Assembly: GCA_963833225.1 (NCBI GenBank)
Contig: CAWHXD010000005.1
Location: 64,001-128,000, forward strand
DNA: 64,000 nucleotides
From: an uncultured Chloroflexia bacterium
GTDB taxonomy: Bacteria; Chloroflexota; Limnocylindria; Limnocylindrales; CSP1-4
Reading direction: 5' to 3'
In this document: positions 31,649 to 44,066 of the stretch, in pieces
How positions within the stretch are numbered: the first letter of the stretch is position 1
How the letters are laid out: each line of letters starts with the position of its first letter
Program-made: the position numbers and the translations under genes
Notes under the pieces: generated by a model
Told to the model about the DNA's origin: nothing
The model's input: the letters and a program-made list of their open reading frames with translations, nothing else
The model's database searches: none

Positions 31649-32684
31649 ATGACCGCCGATCCACGGCCGGTGCGACCCGGGCCCCAGGCGGCGGCGATGG
31701 TTCTCGCCGGACGCGCAGAACGCGCGATTGCTCTACCTGCATGCCCGGCATTCCTGGTGATGGGGATCATCACGTTCTACCCGCTGCTGTTCCAGGCCTG
31801 GATGTCGTTCACGGACTTCGGGCTAGAAGAACCTGAGCGGCAAGCACGCCGCCGAACTACGTGGGCGTGCAGCAACTACATCGAGATCTTAACGAACGAC
31901 ATAGCTCAGCATCCCGAACTTCGACTTCGTGCGGCTGCTGTCGTTCAACCTGTTCTGGGCATTCAGCAACGTCATCATCCACGTGGTGCCTCGGCGTCGC
32001 CGATCGCCGTTGTGCTCAACGTGAGAAGGAGCTGTGGTTTCAAGCGGCATCTACCGGGCCGTCTTCGTCCTGCCCGTCGTCATCCCGCCGATCATCGTGG
32101 CGACGGTCTGGCGCAACATGTTCGACCAGCACAACGGCGCGATGAACTACGCTGCTCGGCGGATCGCGGGTGCTGCTCAAGATCCCCGGCGCGTGTCAAG
32201 ATCGCACTGGCTCGGCGGATCAGGGCAACCCGATCTCGTTCTTCCCCTGCCTGCCGCTCGCCTACTTCGCGCTGCTGACGGCCAACATCTGGCTCGGCTG
32301 GCCGCTCAACGCGGTCGTAGCCACGGGCGCGCTGCAGAGCATCCCGCACGGATCTCTACGAGGCGGTCGAGATGGACGGCGGCGGCGCCTGGCACGAAGT
32401 TCAAGGCCGTCACCCTGCCGTTCCTGCGGCCGGCGATGCTCCCCTACGCGATCTACGGCTTCGTGATCACGTTCAACCTGTTCTACCTCTCGTACTTCAT
32501 GACCGGCGGAGGTCCGTTCGGTCGCACGGAGCTGCTGGTGACCGAGGCCTACCAAGCTGGTGCAACGACCAGCAGCTCTACGGTGTCGCCGCAGCTTTCT
32601 CCGTGATCATGTTCTTCATCCTCCTGGTCCTGACGCTGATCACGAACCGGCTGGCGAAGGCGACGGCGAGCTATGTCGGACTGA
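31649..32684 (+). CDS. Carbohydrate ABC permease (MalF-like), heavily frameshifted
   Basis: PAFLVMGIITFYP, ANIWLGWP, LQSIP, VTLPFLRP, FNLF fragments. Confidence 0.82.
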
Positions 32685-32729
32685 GCGGCGAACCCCGCGA
32701 CCCCGACCGACGAGTGGGAGGGCCACGCG

Positions 32730-33687
32730 ATGACCGCGAGCCGCCTGCGGCGAACGCCTCCGGTCCAAGAGCCAGGTCGTCCGCCCATGACGAGGGTCGA
32801 CTCCTGCCGCTCCGCCAGCAGGCGCTGCTCCAGGCCATCTGCATGTTCATCGCCGCCACGGTCCTGTTCCCGATCGTCTGGATCTTCTCGCCTGGCGCTC
32901 GACCCGAGAAACCTGCTCGGCCGGCCGACCTCCCTGATCCCGGCCGGCGCATCGCTGGACGCGTTCGCACGCGTCCATCGCCCAGCCCACCAGCGATGCG
33001 ATCATCGCTTCCTGCGACTCGCCTGCAACAGCTTCCTGCTGGCCGTCCGCGGCGGCGCTGTTCTCGGTGGGCGATCGGCGTGGCTCGCGGCATACGCCTT
33101 CTCGAGGCTCAACTTCCGGGCGCGCGAGGTGCTGATGATCGCGATCCTCGGCGTCCTCATGCTGCCGGCCGTCGCGACGATCGCCCCGCTCTGTTCATCA
33201 TGCTCAACTCGGTGCGCATGGATCTGCCGATCCTCGGCCAGACTCAACCTCCGCCAGTCGCTGGTCGGCGTCGGGCTGGCTGATCGTTCCGGAGCGCTGC
33301 CGTTCGCGATCTGGAACCTCAAGGGCTACCTGGACACCATCCCCAAGGAGCTCGAGGAGGCGGCAGCCGTGGACGGCTGCACCCGCAACCAGTCGTTCTT
33401 CAGGATCGTGCTGCCGCTGGCGACGCCCGCCCTCGCCGTGACCGGGTTCCTCGGCTTCATCGCCGGCTGGACGGAGTTCTACTTCGTCTCGATCTTCCTG
33501 AACGACCCGACGCAGGGGTTCACCCTGTCGCTGGCCCTCAACAAGATGGTGGGCGCCTTCGGCCAGACGCCGTGGTCGGACTTTGCGGCGTTCTCGATCA
33601 TGTTCGCCGCACCGGTGTCGCGTCGTGTACTTCTTCTTCCAGCGGTAGATCGTGGGCGGTCTCGCGATCGGGGGCGTCAAGGGATAA
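32730..33687 (+). CDS. Carbohydrate ABC permease (MalG-like), frameshifted
   Basis: AAYAFSR, LPFAIWNLKGYLDTIPKELEEAAAVDG (EAA loop), C-terminal GGVKG. Confidence 0.88.
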
Positions 33688-33798
33688 CGGGCGCCGACGG
33701 TCCCGACGGCACTCGACACCAGCCGTCGGGCTCGGCCACGATTTCGCGTGCTGCGGGACCGCGCAGGGCGTGCGGCGCAGCCGGGATGAGGTTCGCCG

Positions 33799-34108
33799 AT
33801 GGCATTCCCGTTCTGGTGGATGGGAGCCGCGCTCGCCACCGTGTTCCTCGCGCTCGCGTTCACGCTGTTCGGCGCGGCGCTGCGGATGCTTGCGTGGACC
33901 GCTGGCGAGATGCGCCAGTCGATGCTCCCGGGCGTCGTGGCCGGCTTTCGGGGCTGGGCCGGCACGGGTGGGCCGGGCGGTGGGGCTCGAGCGCGAGTCG
34001 GCCTCGCCCCGGATGGCGGCGGGTGAGCCCGGTGGCGGATCGGTCATGGAGGAGCTGATCGGACCTGGGGTCGCGACCGCCCCCGCGCGGCGCCAGTCAG
34101 GCCGTTGA
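33799..34108 (+). CDS. Small hypothetical membrane protein, possibly frameshifted
   Basis: Hydrophobic N-terminus MAFPFWWMGAALATVFLALAF. Confidence 0.4.
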
Positions 34109-34160
34109 TGCCCGACCCGCGTGTCTGGCCGGCGGAGACCCGGCGGCCCGGCGCGATGGA

Positions 34161-35906
<1,746 letters not shown>

Positions 35907-35944
35907 CCGGTGAGTCTAGCGAGGCGCCCGCTATGCTCTCTGGC

Positions 35945-37516
35945 ATGCCCATCGACACCCCGGACTGGGTTCGTGACGCCGTGTTCTACCAGGTCTTCCT
36001 GGATCGATTCGCGAGCTCGCCGCGGGTCGTCAAGCCCGGTCCGCTGGAGCCCTGGGACGCGCCGCCAACCGACTATGGCTTCAAGGGCGGCGACCTGCTC
36101 GGCGTCGCGGAGCGGCTGCCCTACCTCGCCGATCTCGGGATCACCGCGATCTACCTCACGCCGGTCTTCGCGTCGGCCTCGAACCACCGGTACCACACGT
36201 ACGACTACCTCTCGGTGGACCCGTTGCTCGGCGGGGATGCGGCCCTGCGGGAGCTGCTCGACGCGGCGCACGGGCGTGGGATGCGGGTCGTCCTTGACGG
36301 GGTGTTCAACCACACGGGCCGCGGCTTCTGGGCGTTCCACCACGTGCTCGAGAACGGCGCCGGCTCACCCTATCGAGACTGGTTCCACTTCGATCCGTCG
36401 GCGCTGGACGGTCGGCGGCCCCTCCGGCCCTACCCCGGGGAACCCGATGGCAACGATGCCCCGGATCTGCCGCCCGGGTTGGCCACGGACGACCCGCTCG
36501 GCGACGAGTCGCTGCGGCGGTTCGGCTACCGCGCGTGGTGGGGCCTGCCCGCGCTGCCCAAGCTGAACCTCACCAATCCCGACGCCCGTGAGCACGTGAT
36601 GGCGGCCGCCGAGCACTGGCTCCGCTTTGGCATCGACGGCTGGCGGCTCGACGTCCCGACGGAGATCCATGAGCCGGGATTCTGGGAGGAGTTCCGCCGG
36701 CGCATGCGGGCCGTGAACCCCCACGCCTATCTCGTCGGGGAGATCTGGCACGACGCGCCCGAGTGGCTTGCCGGCGACCGGTTCGATGCCCTGATGAACT
36801 ACCCCCTGGCCCAGGCAATCCTCGGCTACGTCGCCCAAGGTGCCCTCGACGAGCAAGCGGTCCGGACGCACCCCGAATACGGTCGGTCCGTCGTGCGCCG
36901 CGACGGACCGGCGTTCGCCGCCGAGCTGGAACGCCTGATGGGGCTTTACGACCGGGCGGTCACGGACGTGCAGCTCAACCTGCTCGGCAGCCACGACAGC
37001 CCGCGGTTCAGGACGATGGCCGGGCGTGACCGTGCCGCATATTCGCTCGCGGTCCTGCTCCAGGCGACGCTCCCGGGCGCCCCGTGCACCTACTACGGCG
37101 ACGAGGTGGGTCTCGAAGGGGGCCTCGATCCGGACTGCCGCCGGGCGTTTCCGTGGGACGAGGCAGCCTGGGACCGTGACGCCGTGGCCTGGACCCGGGC
37201 CGCGTATGCCGCCCGTCATGCCCTGCCCGCATTGCGTCGCGGGTCGTTCCGGATCACCGGTGCTCACCAGGACGCTGTCGCGTTCGTGCGTGGTGCGGCC
37301 GACGGAGGTCTGCCCGTGCTCGTGGTCGTGAACGCCGGCGACCGGCCGGTCGAGCTGGAGGCGGATGTCGACGAGCTGGCACGGTCGACCTTGGTGGACC
37401 ACCGGCTGCCCGGAGGCAGCGGCGATGGTGCGTCGATCGTCGTCGCTGCGGATGGCCGGGCGACGATCCCCGTACCCCCGCGGGCGGGCCGCCTGCTGGT
37501 CCCCGAAACCGGCTGA
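35945..37516 (+). CDS. GH13 neopullulanase/cyclomaltodextrinase-like enzyme
   Basis: SNHRYHTYDY, DGVFNH, GWRLDV, VGEIW, GSHD, YYGDEVG, DPDCRR. Confidence 0.93.
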   Translation: MPIDTPDWVRDAVFYQVFLDRFASSPRVVKPGPLEPWDAPPTDYGFKGGDLLGVAERLPYLADLGITAIYLTPVFASASNHRYHTYDYLSVDPLLGGDAALRELLDAAHGRGMRVVLDGVFNHTGRGFWAFHHVLENGAGSPYRDWFHFDPSALDGRRPLRPYPGEPDGNDAPDLPPGLATDDPLGDESLRRFGYRAWWGLPALPKLNLTNPDAREHVMAAAEHWLRFGIDGWRLDVPTEIHEPGFWEEFRRRMRAVNPHAYLVGEIWHDAPEWLAGDRFDALMNYPLAQAILGYVAQGALDEQAVRTHPEYGRSVVRRDGPAFAAELERLMGLYDRAVTDVQLNLLGSHDSPRFRTMAGRDRAAYSLAVLLQATLPGAPCTYYGDEVGLEGGLDPDCRRAFPWDEAAWDRDAVAWTRAAYAARHALPALRRGSFRITGAHQDAVAFVRGAADGGLPVLVVVNAGDRPVELEADVDELARSTLVDHRLPGGSGDGASIVVAADGRATIPVPPRAGRLLVPETG

Positions 37517-37596
37517 CACGTCATGGACGGCCACGGTCGGCCGCGGCAGGTGGAATCGCCGCCGCGCGTGGCTGCGGCAGGTATGCTCGCCGCGCC

Positions 37597-38268
37597 GTGA
37601 CCGACGTGCCGTTCGCCTCTGATCCCTCGCTCGCCGATGGCCTCTCCGCCGTGATGGACGCGGATGGGCGGATCCCGCGTGCGCTCGACGCCCTCGGTCC
37701 TCTTGCCGGCCGCGCGGTCGGCGTGCTCGACGTTCCGGGCACGCCGTGGCTTGACCGGATCCGCGCCCTCGGTCCGGAGCCGCTCGTGGTCGCGCCTGCC
37801 GTTCCCGGCGGAGCCCTGGTGATCCCCGCCACGGAGGCATCGCTCGACGTGGTGGTGACGCTCTGGTCCGGCTTCCGGGGCGTGGAGGAGTCGGACCTCG
37901 CGGAGGTCGACCGGGTCCTCCGGCCCGGCGGGAGGCTGCTCGTGGTCCACGACTACGGTCGGGACGACGTGTCCGCCCTGCGCGATCCCGGGGCTCCCGA
38001 GTACCGGTCCTGGAGCCGTCGCGGGGGGCCGTTCCTGCGCCCGGGGGGGTTCAAGATCCGGGTCGTCCACTCGTTCTGGACGTTCGTGGACCTGGAGGCT
38101 GCGCGGCAGGCGCTGGCCGGGTTCGGCGATCGCGGCGAAGCCCTGGGGGCCGGGCTGAAGCGGCCGCGGCTGGCGTGGAACGTGGCGATCTACCACCGCG
38201 CCCGGCTGGGGATCGAGCCACCGTCCGCGGCCGGCGGTGGATCGGGGACTGGCCCCGCTCCCGGCTGA
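37597..38268 (+). CDS. Class I methyltransferase-like protein with degenerate SAM motif
   Basis: SLDVVV, EVDRVLRPGGRLLVV; no GxGxG. Confidence 0.6.
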   Translation: MTDVPFASDPSLADGLSAVMDADGRIPRALDALGPLAGRAVGVLDVPGTPWLDRIRALGPEPLVVAPAVPGGALVIPATEASLDVVVTLWSGFRGVEESDLAEVDRVLRPGGRLLVVHDYGRDDVSALRDPGAPEYRSWSRRGGPFLRPGGFKIRVVHSFWTFVDLEAARQALAGFGDRGEALGAGLKRPRLAWNVAIYHRARLGIEPPSAAGGGSGTGPAPG

Positions 38269-38305
38269 CCGGCCCCGCCGGGGCACCCCTGCTACGCTCG
38301 GCACC

Positions 38306-38695
38306 ATGAGCGGACGAAGGACTCACGACCGCCGGCCGGCGGCTCCGGCCGCCCAACGGCGCGGGCCCCATCTCGGGCCTCTCGGCATCTCGCCGCTCCG
38401 CGTGATGCTGTTCATCGCGCTGCTCGGTGGGCTGGGCTTCCTCGCCTACGCGGTGCTCGTCCGCGACCAGCTCCAGGTGCCGCTGATGGCCTCCGGGTTC
38501 GCGGTGTTGGGGATCGTGTTCGCCGCCATGGCCGTGCTGGCGCTGCTGTCCGTGGTCCGCGCGGGCCGGGAGGGGCGGGACGGGATCGCCGTCCTGACGT
38601 CCGTGTTCGGCGGCCTGCTCGCCGTCGCATCGCTCCTGGCGCTCGCCGCAGCCATGATCATGAGCCTCCTCTGGGGCGGGACCGAGGGAGCCTGA
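38306..38695 (+). CDS. Three-TM membrane protein
   Basis: Hydrophobic ORF; TACGCT 7 nt upstream of ATG. Confidence 0.7.
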   Translation: MSGRRTHDRRPAAPAAQRRGPHLGPLGISPLRVMLFIALLGGLGFLAYAVLVRDQLQVPLMASGFAVLGIVFAAMAVLALLSVVRAGREGRDGIAVLTSVFGGLLAVASLLALAAAMIMSLLWGGTEGA

Positions 38696-38728
38696 CTGCT
38701 ACACTCGGCCGGCCGTCCGTCGCGCCGT

Positions 38729-38805
38729 GCCCCCATCGTCTAGAGGCCTAGGACGCCACCCTTTCAAGGTGGAGATCGCCGGTTCGAATCCGGCTGGGGG
38801 TACCA
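38729..38805 (+). tRNA. tRNA-Glu(TTC)
   Basis: Cloverleaf GCCCCCA...TGGGGGT-ACCA, anticodon arm CCACC-CTTTCAA-GGTGG, T-arm GGTTCGAATCC, encoded CCA. Confidence 0.97.
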
Positions 38806-38880
38806 CCCCCGTTGCGCCCCGGCCGGTCCATGTGGTCCTGCGACCCGGCACGAGTCGCGCCACTGCGGCATGCTCCCCCC

Positions 38881-39837
38881 GTGACCCTGGTGCCGTTCAC
38901 GCACGCCCACGTCCTGCCGGCCGCCGCGTTGGTGGCCGCGGGTGTCGACCGTCTGCGCCACGACCTGCCCGCGATCCCGCGGGCCTGGACCGACCCGACG
39001 CACGTGGCGAGGGTGCTGGCCGGGCTCGCCGATCAGGGAGCGGGACTCGCGGCCATCGACGACCGCGATCTTGTCGCGTTCCAGGCGGCGATCACCATCG
39101 ACGGGCGGGGTGGGCGCTGGACCTACACGTCCGACGTGGGCCACGCCGCACCTCCAGACCCCGAAGGGCGGCTCCGGACCCGACTGTATGCCGCGCTGGC
39201 GGACGGCTGGCTCCGGGGCGCGTGCGCGGAGCACGTGATCTCGGTTCCGGCTGACGACGAGGGGGCCCTCGCGACCTATGCGCGGCTCGGGTTCGGCCAG
39301 CATGTGATCGACCTCGTCGCGCCGCTCCTGCCGATCGAGCGCGGGTCTCTCCCGGCTGGCGTCACGCTGCGCCGCGCCGGCCCGGCGGATGCGGCACCGG
39401 TCGCCGATCTCGACGCTCAGCTGCGCCACCACCTCGAGGCATCGCCGGTCTTCGTCCGCCCGGCCGCCCCGCTGCCGGTCGAGGTCGGCCGCAAGCACCT
39501 CGAGGATCCCGCCGTCGCGACGTTCATCGCCGAGCGCGACGGCGAGGTGGTGGCATTCCTGCGGATCGGGCCCTGTGCCAACGACGTCGCGACGATCGTG
39601 CGTGACCCGGCGACGGCGAGCGTGACGGCAGCCTTCACGCGCCCCGAGAACCGCGGCTCGGAGATCGCCTCGCACCTGCTGGCTGCCGCCGTCTCGTGGG
39701 CCGAGGCCCAGGGGTACGTCCGGTGGGCCACGGATCACGAGTCCGCGAACGGCGAGGCGTTGCGGTTCTGGGCACGACACGCGACCCCCGTGACCGTTTC
39801 GATGAGCCGACGGCTGGCGTCGTCGTTGGTCCCATGA
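38881..39837 (+). CDS. Tandem GNAT-family acetyltransferase
   Basis: Two GNAT halves: YARLGF; AFTRPENRGSEIASHLL, NGEALRFW. Confidence 0.85.
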   Translation: MTLVPFTHAHVLPAAALVAAGVDRLRHDLPAIPRAWTDPTHVARVLAGLADQGAGLAAIDDRDLVAFQAAITIDGRGGRWTYTSDVGHAAPPDPEGRLRTRLYAALADGWLRGACAEHVISVPADDEGALATYARLGFGQHVIDLVAPLLPIERGSLPAGVTLRRAGPADAAPVADLDAQLRHHLEASPVFVRPAAPLPVEVGRKHLEDPAVATFIAERDGEVVAFLRIGPCANDVATIVRDPATASVTAAFTRPENRGSEIASHLLAAAVSWAEAQGYVRWATDHESANGEALRFWARHATPVTVSMSRRLASSLVP

Positions 39838-39877
39838 GGCGGCCGATCCACGCTGGCCCCTGCTATCCTCCGGGGCG

Positions 39878-40231
39878 ATGGACCTGATGGGTGTGACGAT
39901 CCGCACGATCGTCAACGACAACGTCGCGATCCGGTGTGACGGCTGCCGGGAGATCATCCCCGGCACCCCATGGCGCGTGAACCTGCTGGACATCGTCGCC
40001 CCCGAGGTCGCGGTCGGCTGGACCGAGTCCTCGCCGGTGAACCCGGGCCCGCACCAGTTCCACTCCGACCCGGCGTGCGTCCGACGGTGGATGGCCGAGA
40101 AGGGCTACCGGTTCTGCCGGCGCGGCGAGGTCCGCGAGATCATGCGCCCGGTGCCGCTTCCCACGGAGCCCCCGTCCTGGGGGCTGTGCGACGGCATCCA
40201 CCGCGACGATCACGAGTTCGTCCCGGCCTGA
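39878..40231 (+). CDS. Small Cys/His-rich hypothetical protein
   Basis: CDGC, HSDPAC, FC, CDGIHRDDH; TATCCT upstream. Confidence 0.75.
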   Translation: MDLMGVTIRTIVNDNVAIRCDGCREIIPGTPWRVNLLDIVAPEVAVGWTESSPVNPGPHQFHSDPACVRRWMAEKGYRFCRRGEVREIMRPVPLPTEPPSWGLCDGIHRDDHEFVPA

Positions 40232-40317
40232 TCCTTCGCGACGGCGCACCCCGCGCGGCCACCGGTTGACGGCCCTCGGCAGCCGCCCCTACACTCCGCG
40301 CCGCCGGGTCCGAAAGC

Positions 40318-41094
40318 ATGGACCCAGATTTACCAAGGTTCCAGACCCTTTCTCCGGAGCAGCGCGTGCCCGACGCCCAGCCAACCACCGTGCGGCCCCA
40401 GCCCGAGCGCCTCGCGCTCGGTGAGGCGAGCCGGCTCCTTGGCGTGGATCCCGACACGCTGCGTCGTTGGGCCGACGAGGGTCGGGTCCCCGCCTTCACG
40501 ACCCCGGGCGGGCACCGCCGGTTCGACCGGCGTGCCCTGGAGCGCCTGATCGCCGCCCGACGGACCGGTCCGACGGGTGGCCTCGCCGGTCTCGGGGCCA
40601 GCCAGGGCCGTCTTAGCGCGGCGTATCGGCGCCGCTACGGCCAGGACCACGGCGGCACGCCCGACCCGCGGCTGACGGTCCCGGCCGAGGAGCGCGAGGC
40701 GTTCCGCGAGCTGGGCCGGAGCCTCGTGGACGCGCTTGTCCGGCACCTTGACGAGACGGGCCCCGGGCGGGCGCTCGCCGAGCGCGACGCCCTGGATCTC
40801 GCGGCGCACTTCGGGGAGCGCCTGGCGACGCACGGTGCTTCGCTGGGCGACGGCGTCACCATGTTCGTCAACGCGCGCCGGCCGTTCCTCGCCGAGCTCT
40901 CGGTGTTTGCCCGGCGGCGTGGCGTGGACGCCTCGCGGATCGGGGAGCTCTACGACACCTCGACGGGCCTTCTCGACCGGCTGCTGCTCGCGTTCGTGGC
41001 TGCCTACGAGGGCGCCTCGGGGGAGCTCGCGAACGCTGCGGAGCGGGCGGGCGTGCCGCGGCCGAACACACCGACCGCCCCGGCGCGGGACTGA
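40318..41094 (+). CDS. MerR/Xis-type HTH regulator with C-terminal helical sensor-like domain
   Basis: LGEASRLLGVDPDTLRRWADEG, TPGGHRRF; C-terminal helical domain. Confidence 0.85.
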   Translation: MDPDLPRFQTLSPEQRVPDAQPTTVRPQPERLALGEASRLLGVDPDTLRRWADEGRVPAFTTPGGHRRFDRRALERLIAARRTGPTGGLAGLGASQGRLSAAYRRRYGQDHGGTPDPRLTVPAEEREAFRELGRSLVDALVRHLDETGPGRALAERDALDLAAHFGERLATHGASLGDGVTMFVNARRPFLAELSVFARRRGVDASRIGELYDTSTGLLDRLLLAFVAAYEGASGELANAAERAGVPRPNTPTAPARD

Positions 41095-41099
41095 CCGCG

Positions 41100-42185
41100 A
41101 TGCAGACCGTGCTGCCCGCCGTCACCAGCGTCCTCGCGCTGGTCTTCTCGCTGATGCTCGTGGACCAGTGGCGTGAGCGCCGCCACGGCTTCCAGCTGGT
41201 CTGGGCCCTGGGGATGCTCTGGTACGGCGTCGGTGCAGGCGCGGAGGCCCTCGCCGCGGCCGGTGGCTGGAACGAGGGGCTCTATCGCACCTGGTACCTG
41301 ACCGGCGCGGTCTGGACGGCAGCCTGGCTGGGCCTGGGGACCGCGTTCCTGCTGGGTCGCACGCGCTTTGGCTATACCTACGCGATCCTGCTGCTGCTAT
41401 CGGGCCTGGTCGCGCTGATGATCCGGAACGCTCCTTCCTACCAGGGTGCAGGCCCGCTGCCGCTGCTGTACCTGATCGGCGCCGTCATCCTCGCGCTTGC
41501 GATCGGTGCGGAGACGTACTTCGGGAATGACGCATGGCCCCGCTTCGCCGCCGGCGCCATCATCGGCGTGACCGTCGTCTCGGTGATCCTGATGGCGGCC
41601 ACGCCGCCGCTGGCCGCGCCCGGGTACGCCGTGAGCGCCGCGACGGGCCAGCCGGTCGGCGACGCGATGCCTGGGTACCTGCGGCTCCTGACGCCCGTGA
41701 TGAACATCCCGGGAGCCATGTCGCTGCTCCTGGGCGCGGTGTTCTCCACCTACGTGTTCATGCCCAAGAAGCGGATCCTGCCGTACTCGCTGGACCCAAA
41801 CCAGCCCGGCGACCAGTTCCTGTTCAACCTGTGCATCGCCCCGGTCGCGATCCTGGTCAACCTCGTGGCATCGCTGCCGGGCGCCACGCGGGACCTGGTC
41901 GCCGGCCGGCTTCACTCGCGCGTGCCGGCGACGATCCTGATCGCCATCGGCGCCTTCTTCCCGACGGTCACGGACTCGCTCAACCGGGCCGGCTTCACCG
42001 ATCTGTTCGCGCTGGGCAAGCTCCTGGGCGTGGTCTTCCTGTTCGCAGGCTTCCTGGTGTCGGCCGAGGTCTTCCGCGAGATCCGGATCCCGTTCACCGG
42101 GCTCCGCCTGATCACCCGACATCGTCCCGCCGAGGTCGAACCCGCCGGCGCCAGCACGGCCGGGCCAGACCCCCGACCATCCTAG
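41100..42185 (+). CDS. Polytopic membrane protein of unknown function
   Basis: About 9-10 TM segments, DQW, YRTWYLTGA, AWLGLGT; 5 nt after the regulator. Confidence 0.8.
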   Translation: MQTVLPAVTSVLALVFSLMLVDQWRERRHGFQLVWALGMLWYGVGAGAEALAAAGGWNEGLYRTWYLTGAVWTAAWLGLGTAFLLGRTRFGYTYAILLLLSGLVALMIRNAPSYQGAGPLPLLYLIGAVILALAIGAETYFGNDAWPRFAAGAIIGVTVVSVILMAATPPLAAPGYAVSAATGQPVGDAMPGYLRLLTPVMNIPGAMSLLLGAVFSTYVFMPKKRILPYSLDPNQPGDQFLFNLCIAPVAILVNLVASLPGATRDLVAGRLHSRVPATILIAIGAFFPTVTDSLNRAGFTDLFALGKLLGVVFLFAGFLVSAEVFREIRIPFTGLRLITRHRPAEVEPAGASTAGPDPRPS

Positions 42186-42231
42186 GGGCGTCGACGGCCC
42201 GAGATCCCGTAGGGGGCTATCCTCGACGCCG

Positions 42232-43011
42232 ATGGACGGCACACCGCTGGAGCTCGGCACCCGGTCGTGGACGGCCATCGGACCCCGGGATGCCCCGGGT
42301 CTGGTCTTCCTCCATGGCACGCGCCTGAGCCGCTCGCAGTGGTTGCCCCAGCTGCGGCGGCTCTCCGGCTCCTTCCGGTGCGTGGCTCTCGATCTTCCCG
42401 GCCATGGCACCCTCGCCGCCGACCCGTTCACGATCGATGCCGCCGTCAGGACCGTGTGCGAGGCGATCGAGGCGGAGATCCCGTCCGGTCGCGCGGTCCT
42501 GGTCGGCCTGTCGATGGGCGGATACGTCGCGATCGACACGGCCGAGGCCCATCCGGAGCGGGTCGCGGGCCTCGTGCTCGCCGGCTGTTCGGCAGAGGCC
42601 TTCGGGCCGATGGTCTGGCCGTTCCGCTTCTTCCGCTGGCTGCTCCGCGACGTGCCGCCTGCCGTCCAGGGTCTGGTCAACCGCGGCTTCTTCCGCGCCC
42701 GCTACCCGCATGCGATCGCCGCGCCGATCATCGAGGGTGGGTTCTGGGCGGAGGGCGGCGCCGCCGCGCTCGACCTGCTGGTCGGTCGCCCCTACCTGGA
42801 GCGCCTGGGCCGCCTCTGGACCCCCGTCCTCGTCGTCAACGGGGCGCTCGACCCGGTCTTCGGACCACAGGGCGAGTACTGGGCGGCATCCTGTCGCCAG
42901 GGGCGCCATGCTGTCGTCCCCCTGGCCATGCACCTCTCGAACCTCGACCGCCCAACGACCTTCTCGCGGCTCGTGGCGGCCTTCGCGGGCCGCGTTTGGC
43001 GCGACGTCTGA
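42232..43011 (+). CDS. Alpha/beta hydrolase
   Basis: FLHG, DLPGHG, GLSMGG nucleophile elbow, NGALD, HLSN. Confidence 0.92.
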   Translation: MDGTPLELGTRSWTAIGPRDAPGLVFLHGTRLSRSQWLPQLRRLSGSFRCVALDLPGHGTLAADPFTIDAAVRTVCEAIEAEIPSGRAVLVGLSMGGYVAIDTAEAHPERVAGLVLAGCSAEAFGPMVWPFRFFRWLLRDVPPAVQGLVNRGFFRARYPHAIAAPIIEGGFWAEGGAAALDLLVGRPYLERLGRLWTPVLVVNGALDPVFGPQGEYWAASCRQGRHAVVPLAMHLSNLDRPTTFSRLVAAFAGRVWRDV

Positions 43012-43095
43012 GGTCCCTCGCCGGGTCAGCAGAGGGGGGTCCCGCGGGGGTGGCGGTATACTGACTGGCCTCCACCCCGACCCCCGAGAGGTTTG

Positions 43096-43974
43096 ATGCG
43101 CGTTCGAAAAGCCGTCTTCCCGGCTGCCGGCTGGGGCACCCGCTTCCTGCCGGCGACCAAGGCCCAGCCCAAGGAGATGCTGCCCCTGGTCGACAAGCCG
43201 GTGATCCAGTACGCCGTCGAGGAGGCGGTGGCCGCGGGCATCGAGCAGGTCATCATCGTCACCTCCTCGCAGAAGCGGATGATCGAGGACCACTTCGACC
43301 TCAACTACGAGCTGGAGCACCTGCTCGAGGAGCGAGGCGAGATCGAGAAGCTGCGCCAGGTCCGGCACATCAGCGACCTGGCCCAGGTGGCCTACGTGCG
43401 CCAGAAGGAGCAGCTTGGCCTGGGCCACGCGGTGCTGATGGCCAAGGACCTCATCGGCCACGAGCCCTTCGCGGTCATCCTGCCGGATGACGTGGTGATC
43501 GCCGATCGGCCGTGCATCGGGCAGCTGATCCACGCGTATCAGCAGCACCACGGCAGCGTGGTGGCTGTGACCGAGGTCGCACCCGAGGACACCAGCCGCT
43601 ACGGCGTCATCGCCGGCGAGCCTGTCGACGAGGGGCACGACCAGGACCGCACCTACCGTCTCACCGGACTGATCGAGAAGCCGGAGCCGGGGACGGCGCC
43701 GTCCAACCTCGCGATCATCGGCCGCTATGTGCTGACGCCCAAGATCTTCGACAAGCTCGAGCAGACCCAGCGCGGCGCCGGCGGCGAGATCCAGCTGACC
43801 GACGCGATCCGGGCGCTCATGGATGAGCAGAGCGTGTTCGGCTATCTCTACGAGGGAACGCGCTACGACGCCGGCACCACGATGGGCTGGCTTCGCGCGT
43901 CTGTGGAGCTGGCGCTCGCCCGACCCGAGTTTGGCAGCGAGTTCCGCGAGTACCTCCGCACGCTCGACATCTAG
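43096..43974 (+). CDS. galU: UTP--glucose-1-phosphate uridylyltransferase
   Basis: KAVFPAAGWGTRFLPATKAQPKEML, GLGHAV, IEKP, EIQLTDA. Confidence 0.96.
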   Translation: MRVRKAVFPAAGWGTRFLPATKAQPKEMLPLVDKPVIQYAVEEAVAAGIEQVIIVTSSQKRMIEDHFDLNYELEHLLEERGEIEKLRQVRHISDLAQVAYVRQKEQLGLGHAVLMAKDLIGHEPFAVILPDDVVIADRPCIGQLIHAYQQHHGSVVAVTEVAPEDTSRYGVIAGEPVDEGHDQDRTYRLTGLIEKPEPGTAPSNLAIIGRYVLTPKIFDKLEQTQRGAGGEIQLTDAIRALMDEQSVFGYLYEGTRYDAGTTMGWLRASVELALARPEFGSEFREYLRTLDI

Positions 43975-44066
43975 GCCAGCGTCGGCGAGGGATCACGGGT
44001 CCGTGGGGTAGGATGCCCCCGGCCGTGGCGACAGGCCTGCCGCACGAGAAGGGGACGAGCAGAACC

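Noticed and set aside
33646-33648. In-frame TAG near the end of the MalG-like permease (QR*IVGG) as stop-codon recoding
   Set aside because: It sits in the most error-rich segment, no recoding machinery is seen, and TAG terminates many other genes here
38729-38830. tRNA-Glu as an integration site for a mobile island
   Set aside because: No integrase, no duplicated tRNA 3' end noticed and no compositional shift downstream
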